DNA from: Mobula birostris
Lineage: Eukaryota
Reading direction: 5' to 3'
Assembly: GCF_030028105.1 (NCBI RefSeq)
Contig: NC_092375.1
Location: forward strand, 141,139,035-141,203,034
Length of the DNA: 64,000 bases
This document shows, piece by piece, positions 10,601-21,054 of the stretch. Within the stretch, counting starts at the first letter, position 1; each line of letters starts with the position of its first letter. The notes below the pieces were generated by a model, which saw nothing but the letters and a program-made list of their open reading frames with translations, made no database searches and was not told the origin of the DNA. Position numbers and translations under genes: made by a program.

Positions 10601-13365
10601 TTAATAGTTTACCTCCAAAAAGTAGACAAGAATACTTAATGCTAAATAAAGGATTGTCAATCCTGACAATGCCGAATGAAGATCCTATGACCGATCATAA
10701 AATTGCAGAAGCCTCAATAAAAGCCCCAGTCTCTATAGTACACCAATGTTCAGAAAAGTGCCTGGCTAAGTGTCTGGTGTAGAGTCAATGGATGTTCCTA
10801 CAATAGGCGGCACAGCTCCGATTATCGTATTTTTTATTGAATCCGTGGTTCCCCTCCGGGAATCAATAGAACATGACTCCCATTGCTGCAAGTTTTACAG
10901 GTACTCCTCTTTCAGTCCTGTTCTACTGGTGGTCAGTTCCTCTTTAGTAGAGAATAAACTCAGCATGCTCTGAAGTCAAAGGTTACTAAAAACTCCATTA
11001 CCAACAACTGAGATCAACAAGAAAAAAAATCTGATGAATTATTAAGTAATACTCACATTTAAGGATATCAGTAAGATTGAAAGAGTGCAGAGGAGATTTA
11101 CTAGGATGTTGCTGGGTCTTCAGGAGTTGAGTTACAGGGAAAGATTGAACAGGTTAGGACTTTATTCCTTGCAGCGTAGAAGAATGAGGGGGGATTTGAT
11201 AGAAGTTTACAAAATCATGAGGCGTATTGACAGAGTAAATGTGAGAAGGCTCTTTCCACTTAGATTAGGAGAGATAAATACGAGAGGACATGGCTTTAGG
11301 GTGGAAGGGGAAAGGTTTAGGGGGAACATTAAGGGGAACTTCACTCAGAGAGTGGTGGGAGTGTGGAACGAGCTGCCATCTGACGTGGTAAATGCGGGCT
11401 CACTCTTAAGTTTTAAGAATAAGTTGGATAGATACATGGATGGGAGAGGTTTGGAGGGTTATGGACTGGGTGCAGGTCAATGGGACTAGTGGAATAAAGT
11501 TTTGGCACAGACTAGAAGGGCCGAATGGCCTGTTTTCTATGCTGTAGCATTCTATGGTTCAATGGTTCTACGTTAGAATCCTCACCCAGCACATCAGACC
11601 AGGATAATATGCCATCTCACCCACTATTTCTAATGAAGAGCTGAACATTTCATTGCTAGCAATTATAATCACTTCATTACTAACAACTGAGATCAACAAG
11701 AAAAAACATCTGCTGAAGTATTAATTAATACTCACATTTGGGGTTTCCTCTAGTGATGTCTCTTTTGATTTGGTTTGGGCCTGTAAGATAAAGATATTTA
11801 TATTTAGATCTTCAGCATACCTCACTAATATAATGTTTAGTGAATGATCTTGTGTTAGAAATCCCATTGACCAGACTGCCGATACTATACCTCAATTCTG
11901 GTTTCACTTGATTCTTTTGAGTCACTCTCACTGTCAACTGTCTTCAGACCGTCACACTCCACATCGACATCAGCTACCTTATCAGCAAAAAATTCCACAT
12001 GGCTTTTGCAAAACCCTTTCTCCTGTTGGAATGAAGCATAGTGCAAGGAAATTATTGATGATTCCAAGCAAGAATGTAAATCAAAGTGATTATGATCTAA
12101 CCCAATTCTTAGTCTTTCCTTCCATATCTATACTCATTTCTATGAAATAGGTTGTAATTAAAGCTCGTGTTTTAATGCTAATACATACGCGGACTTGTGT
12201 GATCTAAGATATTACTCTGGACTCACCGCAATGCTTTTAGAGCAGAAAGAGCAACTGGGATCATCAAATTCCTGCCCAGAATTCTTGGAGCAGACAGTTT
12301 CTTTCACAGAGAACGTTAAATCCATGCTGTAGGATAGTTTACCTGTGCGATATGTCTGAAGAAAGGAAAATAGTTTATTAGTGCATTGTTATGTTTGGAG
12401 CTCTTCCAATGGTCTGACAAAGAGCAGAGCTACACAGGGCTTTATTTCCAGCAGATAGTTACATTGACAGTGTCTGAGTCATCAGCCAAAATAGACAAGA
12501 GACTTAATTTGATTGATAGTAAAATTGCAACTTAAACCATCATGATAGGAATATCAGTTTGCAGGAAATCCTAATTATTGGTGGAAAATAACAAAGAAAA
12601 TTTGAAAACCTTTCAGGGACTTCCAGATCAATGAATGGTAGAACATCCAATCTTAATTCCAAAACATTGATCCAATCAGAGATATACAATTCAAATATTG
12701 ATTGAGAATTTAAGTTCCTAATCTGATATTCAGAGTAAGTTCTGCATGTAATGTAATATTCAGCTCCAATTTAGTACTTGGTTACCACCATATCTTAAAC
12801 ATAACCTTATACTTAAAATTGCACAGTTTGAGGCCACTTAGCCCATAAAGCCTACACTGGCTCTAAGCAAAACAATCCCATCAATTCCATTCCCCCTTTC
12901 CTAAAATACCCATAATACTGTATGCTATTGTTCCAACTATGTCAGCATCTCCCCTTTGATTTTTTTTTGCTGTTAACCTACTCTCAGGCTAATTTTTAGT
13001 AGCCTATTAATCTACACTCTGATGCATCCAAGGGCTGTGAAACACAATTCTCCAAGAACACACTTACATTTGTTACACCTCTTCTGGTGATACCACAGAG
13101 ATTGGTGATGTCGGAGATTTCATTCAGCTTATTAACTGAGGCTCTCAGAGCTTCCTTGGTGCTTGGCACTCCTGCAGAGAGAGAGGGAAATTTGTACAAG
13201 ACATTCTAACCAACTTCAGCAATTTTTTCTTGCACATGGGTGAAATATCACTGACTGAAGCTCAGTACCAATAACTCATTGCTCTCTAGGGTCCCACTCT
13301 CCCCAGTACTTACCTGAGCAGCAGAGAATCTGCACAGCAATGATGGCGAGCACGCAAGTTTTCAT
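7607..13365 (-). CDS. SPP2: Secreted phosphoprotein 2 (Spp24)-like, copy 1, 225 aa, with acidic S-x-E repeat tail
   Basis: All introns GT-AG. Exons: 13365-13314 MKTCVLAIIAVQILCCS/G; 13171-13068 VPSTKEALRASVNKLNEISDITNLCGITRRGVTN; 12355-12227 TYRTGKLSYSMDLTFSVKETVCSKNSGQEFDDPSCSFCSKSIA; 12022-11891 EKGFCKSHVEFFADKVADVDVECDGLKTVDSESDSKESSETRIE; 11780-11736 AQTKSKETSLEETPN; 10517-10470 VESQSEENSLEEESLN; 9636-9592 EKDKSKETSLEDSAD; 9025-8981 VDSKSKVTSVEEPSD; 7806-7762 MKSKSTELSMEEPSN; 7639-7607 EQNEDSRALH*. Matches remembered SPP2 motifs (CSG signal end, AL.ASV.K.N, L.FS..ET.C.K.SG..D...C.F, C-x17-C, Ser/acidic patch). Structure conserved in three copies. Confidence 0.9.
8806..8885. mobile_element. 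80-bp hAT-type MITE in intron 8 of copy 1
   Basis: TIRs CTGGGGTTCCCTACC and GGTTGGGAACCCCTG. 8-bp TSD ctctagat / ctcgagat. Absent from copies 2 and 3. Confidence 0.85.
10895..10969 (-). CDS. Candidate alternative terminal exon of copy 1 (SMLSLFSTKEELTTSRTGLKEEYL*)
   Basis: ttcag acceptor in phase 0 with exon 5. AATAAA at 10833-10838. Same frame open in copies 2 and 3. Confidence 0.62.
   Translation of the reverse strand, partial: SMLSLFSTKEELTTSRTGLKEEYL
11061..11570 (+). mobile_element. CR1 3' fragment in intron 5 of copy 1
   Basis: ORF 11085-11489 (QRRFTRM..SYRERL..RRRMRGDLIEVYKIM..TRGH..FTQRVVGVWNELP) with a tandem tail. Confidence 0.92.
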
Positions 13366-13452
13366 TCTGCCTTGTGTGGAACCAACTGGTTTCTCAGAAT
13401 GAAGGAAATGCTTCTCTCTCTCTTGATCTGCTTTCACTTTGCTGCTTCAGAC

Positions 13453-13458
13453 TTTATA
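13453..13458 (-). promoter_or_regulatory. TATA box of copy 1
   Basis: GGTGCAGGATATAAAG ~90 nt upstream of the ATG. The same context occurs in copy 2 (39050-39055) and copy 3 (57207-57212), with a Fox-type TGTTTGC just upstream in all three. Confidence 0.75.
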
Positions 13459-13959
13459 TCCTGCACCTCCACCACATTCAAGCACTGACTCATGTTTGCT
13501 CAGCTTGCTGACCGTGGGCACCGGAAGCAGATGAAAGGTGGGCTCTAGTTATGGGCAGAGCTTCCTCCTGGTATCGTCATCATGTTTAGATTTGGTGGAA
13601 AGTGGGGTGAGATGAGGTTTCATTCCTCAGAATATGAAATAGTGAAGTTCAGAGGGGAAGAAATATCGTCTCTAATTTGTACAACCTAAATTCCGTGATG
13701 AATTCCTTGCAATGCACCTCCTGTTCAAGGACTGTGTTGGAATTTACAGGACACTGTTGCAAGAAATGTAATAGATAAATCCTAAGTATGTTTCGAGAAA
13801 TCCTGTATTTTTTCATTCTCTATCAACACTTCTGTATAATATTGATGACATTATTAGAGGTAAAGAAAGTTTGTTGTCAGTTGGAAGAGTTCATGATGAC
13901 TTCTCCAGGAATATCTCCAGACAGAGTTAGCATCTTCAAGTCGAGGGTACAATTGATTG

Positions 13960-15190
13960 TGAAATGATTGACTTTGGAAAGCCAATTTTGAAGGCAGAAT
14001 ATGGCAGGATTCTTAGCAGTGTGGAGAAACTGAGGATCTTGGTTTCATGTCTACAGATTCCCTCAAGGTTACTGTGATAGAGTTGTTAAGAAGGTGTACA
14101 GTGTGTTTGCTGTCATTAGTTGGGATATTGAGCTCAAGAGCCATGAGGTATAGTAATGTTACAGCTCTATGAAACCTTGGTTAGACCATACTTTGAATAT
14201 TGTGATCAGTTCTAGATTACAAGGAGATTGATTTGTCACATGTACATTGAAACATACAGTGAAATGCATCATTTCCATGAATAACCAACACACAGAAAGC
14301 TATGCTAGAAGCAGCCTGCAAATGTGGCCATGATACCAGTGCCAACATAGCAGGCCCACAATGCTTAGTAGAACACGGTAGAATACAACAGGGAACAAAG
14401 AACAGCAGCAACATCGAACCACCTTCCTCCCTTCTACCGAAGCACATGCACAGTCCTTTAACCCCAGGTCACACACTAGAACCCGCCGACAACTTACTGA
14501 CCTGGTGGACGGGGTTCTCGTCCACTCTCTGCAGGTCCAACATCTGACATCCGATATCTGATCAAACAGATGTCCCACATCCACATCGCTGGTCTTTGAA
14601 TGTGGATCGGCGACTTAACCTCTGGCCTGACCTGTAATTCCTCCACATCCCTGTTCCTTAACCCACCTTGATCCATAACTGACTCCTCTATACCCAAAAC
14701 CATGCTTACAAACCTAAAAAACAATTAAACAATTAAAAACAACTAAATCGGAGCTGCTACTCAACAGGGGAGGCAGCTCGGCACCATGTTGGAAAACCTT
14801 GGGAGAATGTAGATGCTTTAGTGAGGGTGCAGAGGAGATTTACTGCATGGCCTGGAAAGTATGTCTTGTAAGGATAGGTTCAGTGAGCTAGGGCTTTTCA
14901 CTTTAGAGTGAAGGAGGATCAGAGGTGACTTGACAGAGGTGTACAAGATGATAAGAAGCTTAGATCGAGTCGCATCAAAGGCTCTTTCCCAAGGTGGAAA
15001 TGACTAAAATGAGGGGACATAATTTTAAGGTGATTGGAGGAAAATATAAAGGGCATGTCAGAAGTATGGTTTTTTTATACAGTGAGTGGTGGGTGCATGG
15101 AACGCCCTGCCAGGGAAGGTGATAGAGGAAGATACATTAGGAACATTTAAGTGGCACATAGATGATGGAAATATAGAGGACAAAAAAATA
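13960..15190 (+). mobile_element. Old CR1 fragment with nested insertion(s)
   Basis: Degenerate CR1 ORF2 C-terminal sequence. The equivalent insertion is at ~57720-58590 in unit 3 and is mostly deleted in unit 2. Confidence 0.7.
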
Positions 15191-15206
15191 GAAGTAAGTG
15201 TTAGAT

Positions 15207-18200
15207 CAGCGGTTCCCAAGCTTTTTTGGAGTTATTCCCCCTTGACTCCCAGATCACATCCCCAGCACACTCTTTCTGGTGATTGTGACTCTAAGCCCGT
15301 TCTCACTGCAGCTTAGAAGAATAAAGGAGGAATCTCATGGAAACCTATTGAATATTGAAAGGACTACATAGAGTGGATGTGGAGAGGTTCCTATAGTTGG
15401 TGACTCTAGGACCAGAGGAGCACAGCCTCAGAATTTAGAACGGAGATGAGGAGGAAAAGGAGAGGGTGGTGAATCTGTGGAATCATTGCCACAGATGCCT
15501 ATGGAAGCCAAGTCATTGGATATATTTAAATCAGAGTTTGATTGGTCCTTGATTAGTCTGGGTGTCAAAGGTTATGGAGGAAACACAGCAGAATGGAGTT
15601 GAGAGGGATAATAAATCAGCCATGATATAATGGCAGAGCAGACTAGATGAGCAGAGTGGCCTAATTCTGCTCCTATGTCTGATTGTGCTATTACATAAAA
15701 GCTGTAAGGAATTTTGATTTATGATGCACAATGAAAAGAAATGGGAACTGCAAATTCAAAACAGTGACAAATAATAGCAAGAATTATTCAAATCTATTTA
15801 AACCTACAAATAAAATTATTTCTTTATTTAATTACAATTCGAACAATTTTCATCAGCAAATTTAAAGTGTTTATTAGTAGTCCAACTATTCACTACTTCA
15901 TTGCTTTCTCGCCTTGCAATCAGATGGATGGGCTTGTACAGTAATATCAGCTTCTCAACATCAGGCTGAATGCCATTGAGAAGTCTCAGATCCTCACCTT
16001 CAGTAATTTGCAGTCTGTCTCATTGTTTTGAAACAAGTTGGACGCCTGCACTAAAATAGCACTCCACTAAATATGATGTTGGAAAGGCAACAGAGAATAT
16101 CTTGAACTTCATCCACAGTGCTGGATAGCATTCAGAGATTTCTTTCTGCAAACAATGGTCTTGATTTGATTTTTGAACCTTGGTTTCAGCTCAAAGTCAT
16201 TTTGTCGTGAGATCAGCTCTTCCACTATCTTTCGTGCTAATTTCTCATTACAAGTGTTCAGAAATGAATTTGGTAACCAATCTGGAATTTGGATTGAGAG
16301 TTCCTGCATTCTATCTGACACGTCTTTATGCAGCTCACCCAGGTGGACAAAATATACTTGAAAATCATCATCTGGTAATCTTTCGTTCTCTTCCAACTCA
16401 GAGAGGTTCAGAAACTGGAAAAGGTCGCGACAACCAATGTTGCAATTAAATAGGGTTAGCTTGGACAGAAATGTGGAAAGTACAGATTTGACTTTGATAA
16501 GATGCACATTATTTCCTTTCAATTGAAGATTAACTTCACTAAACTTTTCGAATAATTCTGACAAACAAGCAATGTCATGCCTAATATTATTGAGTTGATT
16601 ACTGGATGAAGCAATCGAGTTTTCAAAGAATTTCATCACAGTTTTTAAAAGCACAAAAAAACTATCTCAGGCTGTTTCTTTTTGAGAGCCACCTGACTTC
16701 CGTATGCACAAGCAAGCGTCCAAACTGTGCATCATTCTCAATACAAAAGCTCTCGAAGTAGTCAAGAACTGAAAGCACAGGATTTGATTTTATTTACCGC
16801 AGTGATAACAGTATTTAATGATTTACGCAGGCGATCACTTAGGTCTTTTTTTACAACAAAGTGTTATTTGTTAATTACAAAATAAATGATAAATGTGTTA
16901 GGTACAGCTTTTTCAAGAAAGTAATAACCCCCTAGTGGCATCCTGTCATTGATGGTGTCCATCTTTTGCACAAGCATGATATTGGTGAGCAGAACATCCT
17001 TGTCTTTGAAAAATTGCACATCAGCCCAAAATATTGACTCCCCCTTTGTATCTGTTTCTAGTTCCCTTGCAAATAAATCTTGAGCCATGCTTTTATCCCT
17101 TATGAAACAAACATAACCAAGGAGCAGAGATTCATTGCCTGACAATGTTGGCTCATCCAACTGCAGAGAAATTTTGTTGTCCTGTGCATGCTGCACAATG
17201 TGTCTTTCACATTCTCAGACATTTAATTTATTCGTCTTTGAATAAAGTTGTGGCTGAGTGGAATCATTTTAATTATTTGGTCTGGTAACTTACCCTGAGT
17301 GGGAAGAGAGAAAGAATACCAAATGATGATCTTCTAGTATACTGCTGGCAGAATCGGTCCTTCTCCAGAGCTTTCCAGATTTAGCAATGAGCAATGAGAT
17401 GTTGATTGAATCATGCAAACCATCACTGTCCTGTTACGAAGTGCTGGCAAACATGTTTTGAAGTGTATCATTGCATGTATTCTTGTTGTTTTTATTTGCA
17501 AAGGAGTGGTTTGAGGGTTTCATGCTTTCGTCACTATTTTTTTGCAAGAGAGGGGGTGTGTTGGGAGGTTGGGCTTTTTGATGTTCCAGCTGCCGTTTTC
17601 TATGTGGGTGATCTGTTAGTTTTTTGTGCGAGGAAGGGGGTGGGGGATTTTGGGGCTTGCGAGTTTTATTTCTTTTTCTTTTTCATGCTGGGACTGGGGG
17701 GGGGGTGGTGGAAGTTGGTGTCTTTTCTTTCAACAACTCCCAAGTTCCTTCTGCATTTCATGACTATCTGGAGAAGACGAATATCAGGGTTGTATTGTAC
17801 ATGCATACTCGGACAAGTAAAGATCCTTTGAAAGTTTTCTCGCAGTGACTGAAAGTAATTGTAAACTCTTAAGATTTTCAAAGTAAGTGTAAACTCTTAA
17901 GATGTACAAGGAGCCTGGACAGTTTCATTGTCTCATTTGAAAAAACCTTTTTCATGCATCAGGCTCATTGGCTGCTGTTGGTTGCATGACGCTTGTATAA
18001 ATCTATATTTCAGATACTTCGTACGATACTGTCTACACTTCTTTTTCACTTGGTCTGCTTCTGACATTTTTGTTATGGATTAATGACCACAGTCAATTCC
18101 CTGTTGTTTAAGACTGACCTCAAACATTGTGATCAATAAAGGGTTAAGTTAAGATCTCATAATAGTGCAGGCCAAACCCGACTTTCTGCCTAAAGGTATT

Positions 18201-18721
18201 TAAACTGGAGCAGCAATATCTGCGTTGGGTTTGGGCTAGAGAAATGCAGTCAGGACCATTTGAAAAAGGAGATTCTGAACCACGCCATTGAATGCCATAA
18301 TCTAATTCACAGGAATTACATTACTGCATGATTAGAGTATAGAATCATATTAGCTAACAGTATACTACAGTAAGTGAATGGCAATAATGTATGGAAAAAC
18401 ACCATTTCTTGTCCAGATTTCTCTTGTCATGCCAAATACAGAAGCATCTCATTGCTTTTTAACAACTATAATGCACTTTGAGCAAAGTCGAAGGGAATGG
18501 TGGGTTAGCAAGAGATGAGGTGATTATGTGATCATTCTAATCGATTATAAAGCTATGAAGGTTAAATGCTTATAATAAGTAATTCATTTCTTAAATTAAG
18601 CCTGAAATCCTTCTGCTGCCCCCTTGTGACTGAGACACATCACAAACCTTTATCTTTATTTCCTCCTTAGAATCTCCCACCACCTCCAGGGGCCTGATAT
18701 CATCCACTTTGGGAACTACTG
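15207..18721 (-). mobile_element. hAT Buster/Charlie DNA transposon fossil with nested retroposon fragments
   Basis: Transposase remnants at 16109-16654 and 16864-17196 (ISLQLDEPT..LLGYVCFI..LETDTKGESIF), plus a BED-finger-like start near 18066 (KKKCRQY). TIRs CAGCGGTTCCCAA / TTGGGAACTACTG. Left flank tgtTAgat fits the Buster NNNTANNN target. Absent from units 2 and 3. Confidence 0.85.
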
Positions 18722-19769
18722 GATCCGATGATATTAGAGTAGGTTAAAAGGTTAGCACAAGATTGTGAACTGTGCTGTAATGTTCTATGTTTTAATTTTG
18801 GAGATGCAAAGTACTTGGTAGAAATCTGGAGTAACACTCAAAAAAGTTGGAAGAACTCTATAGGTCAGGCAGCATTTATAGTGCGAAAAGGACAAGTAAT
18901 GCTTTGGTTTGAGTCCCTTTATTTGGGCTGGAAATAAAGAAGGAAGATTAACAGTAAATAAAGGGGAAGGGAAGGGGTGGAGCACGAATGGACAAGGTAC
19001 AACACTGTTGCCTGGATTTAAACATTATTAGAATTATTTCTTTCCCTGAACCAGTGTGGAAAACTTCACTCGACCAGCACTGAATGATTACGGAACACAA
19101 CCTACAGACTCACTCTCAAGGACTCTGCAACTCATCTTTTCAGTGTTATTTAATTAATTATCTATCTATCTATTTATTTACTTTTTATTTGCAGTTGTCA
19201 TCTTTTACACATTGCTTGCTTGTCAGTTTGCTTGTGAGCAGCTTTTCATTGATTTTCCTGTATTTCTTTCTTCCACTATGAATGCCTGCAAGAAAATGAA
19301 TCTCCAAGCAGTATTTAGTGACATATATATACTTTTATAATGAACTTTGAACTTTTATTGCTCTTATATCTTTTCTTTGAAGTGTACAGGATTTTAAAGT
19401 TGCATGTCAATGAGTGCTGTAATTGCTTCGCATGAAGAAATATCTCCAATCCTCACTTTTCACAAGGAGGGAACAAAAATACCTGCAGGTGCTACAAGTC
19501 TGAAGTAAAAACAGAAAATGTGAGAGAAGTTCAGTGGATCCAGCAGCATCTGCAGAGAGGGGGCTTTCTTCTGTTGTCGCTCCACAAGACATAGGGGCAG
19601 AATTAGGCCATTCGGCCCATCGTGTCTTCTCCACCAGTCTATCACTTTTGACTCATTACCCCTCTCGACTGTGGTCTCCTGCCTTACTAATCAAGAACCC
19701 ATCAAACTCCACTTTAAATATACCTAATACTTGGCCTTCATACCTGTCTGTGACAATGAAATCCATTGT

Positions 19770-19930
19770 AACGCACACAAAATGCTGGAAGAATTCAGCA
19801 GACCAGGCAGCATCTATGGAAAAAAAGTACAGTCGACGTTTCGGGCCAAATGCTGCCCGGCCTGCTGAGTTCCTCCAGCACTTTGTGTGTGTTGCTCAGA
19901 TTTCCAGCATCTGCAGACCTTCTCTTGTTA
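19770..19930. repeat. Palindromic Penelope-like terminal-repeat remnant
   Basis: Inverted arms acacaaaatgctggaagaattcagcag / ctgctgagttcctccagcactttgtgtgt. Related copies at ~5255-5450, ~32410-32800 and ~63320-63520. Confidence 0.55.
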
Positions 19931-21054
19931 ATGAAATCCACAGATACACCACCTTCTGCCAAAAGAAATTCCTCCTCACTTCTGCTCAAAAGGGACCAAA
20001 GGGACCAAACTGAAATGTCTACGGTTTCTCTACAGTAGCTCCATAACACTGGCTGACCCAGAAATTATTTCCAGCATTGTCTGATTTCACTTCACTCTCA
20101 CTCTTGTGGTGACAGGTTTAAATCAATGGCCCTCACAACCTGCTCTTCATTGTTAGGAATTGATCATTTCCATTGACCACAACAAATTTCTGAATTTTTG
20201 TAATAACTTCCTATTAAAATAATTCTTCTCTGCACCAATAAAAATTGTCTTGAAATCTCAAATTTTCTAACTGCAGTTTTTTTATATCATTCCTAGCATG
20301 CCAGTAATTCCATCCTAGCCACTGGCTGTGGGTTCAGTGCCCTTTCTCCTTCTCTGGCAGATCAATTTCTTGGTACCAGCAGAGCCCACCGCAGGACACT
20401 ACAGGAGGCAGTAACACGTGGCTAGTTCAACAGGCTTATTGCTGGTGAGACCATTTGTTGTCATCACGGATGTGGCACTTACCTGGTCATCAACTGGTAG
20501 GCAACATCAAGGGTGATATCTGAGAGAAGGCTACTGACCTGAAGCAAAATCGTTCCACTCCATCACCACCAAAGTCCCTACGTAGGGGCATTTAGTAACA
20601 TTCTGCTCAGATTTGGTTTGGGGCGCTCTGTACATCTCTCAGCCCTGACAAGATTTCAGGAACAGTTCTTTTCTCTCTTCTTCCCCTCCGCCATCCATTT
20701 TCTAAATGGACATTGAACCCATGAAAACTGCCTGACCACTTTTTTATTTCTGTTATTTGGCACCACTTATTTTAATATAACTAGTTAATATACATATATA
20801 TCCTTAAAGTAACTCAGTTTTCCCCCATATTTATTTGTCATAAAATTCATTGTACTGCTGCCAAAAAGTTAACGAATTTCACAATATATGCCAGTGTTGT
20901 TAGCATAGAACATAGAAAACATACAGCACAATACAGGCCCTTCGGCCCACAAAGCTATGCTGAACATGTCCCTACCTTAGAACTACCTAGGCTTTACCCA
21001 TAGTCCTCTATTTTTCGAAGCTCCATGTAGCCATCCAGGAGTCTCTTAAAAGAC

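Noticed and set aside
7762-11780. True SCPP/casein or SPARCL1 orthologue
   Set aside because: The S-x-E exons are attached to a cystatin-type domain with a phase-1 first intron, so the resemblance is read as convergence, not homology.
7607-13365. Cathelicidin antimicrobial-peptide cluster (cathelin-like FSVKETVC motif, tandem genes)
   Set aside because: No cationic mature peptide exon. The separate signal-peptide exon ending CSG in phase 1, the AL.ASV.K.N helix, the C-x17-C loop and the Ser/acidic patch fit SPP2 better.
16109-17196. Domesticated ZBED5/SCAND3/FAM200-like host gene
   Set aside because: Fragmented frames, TIRs present, nested insertions, and absence from the paralogous units all indicate a dead transposon.
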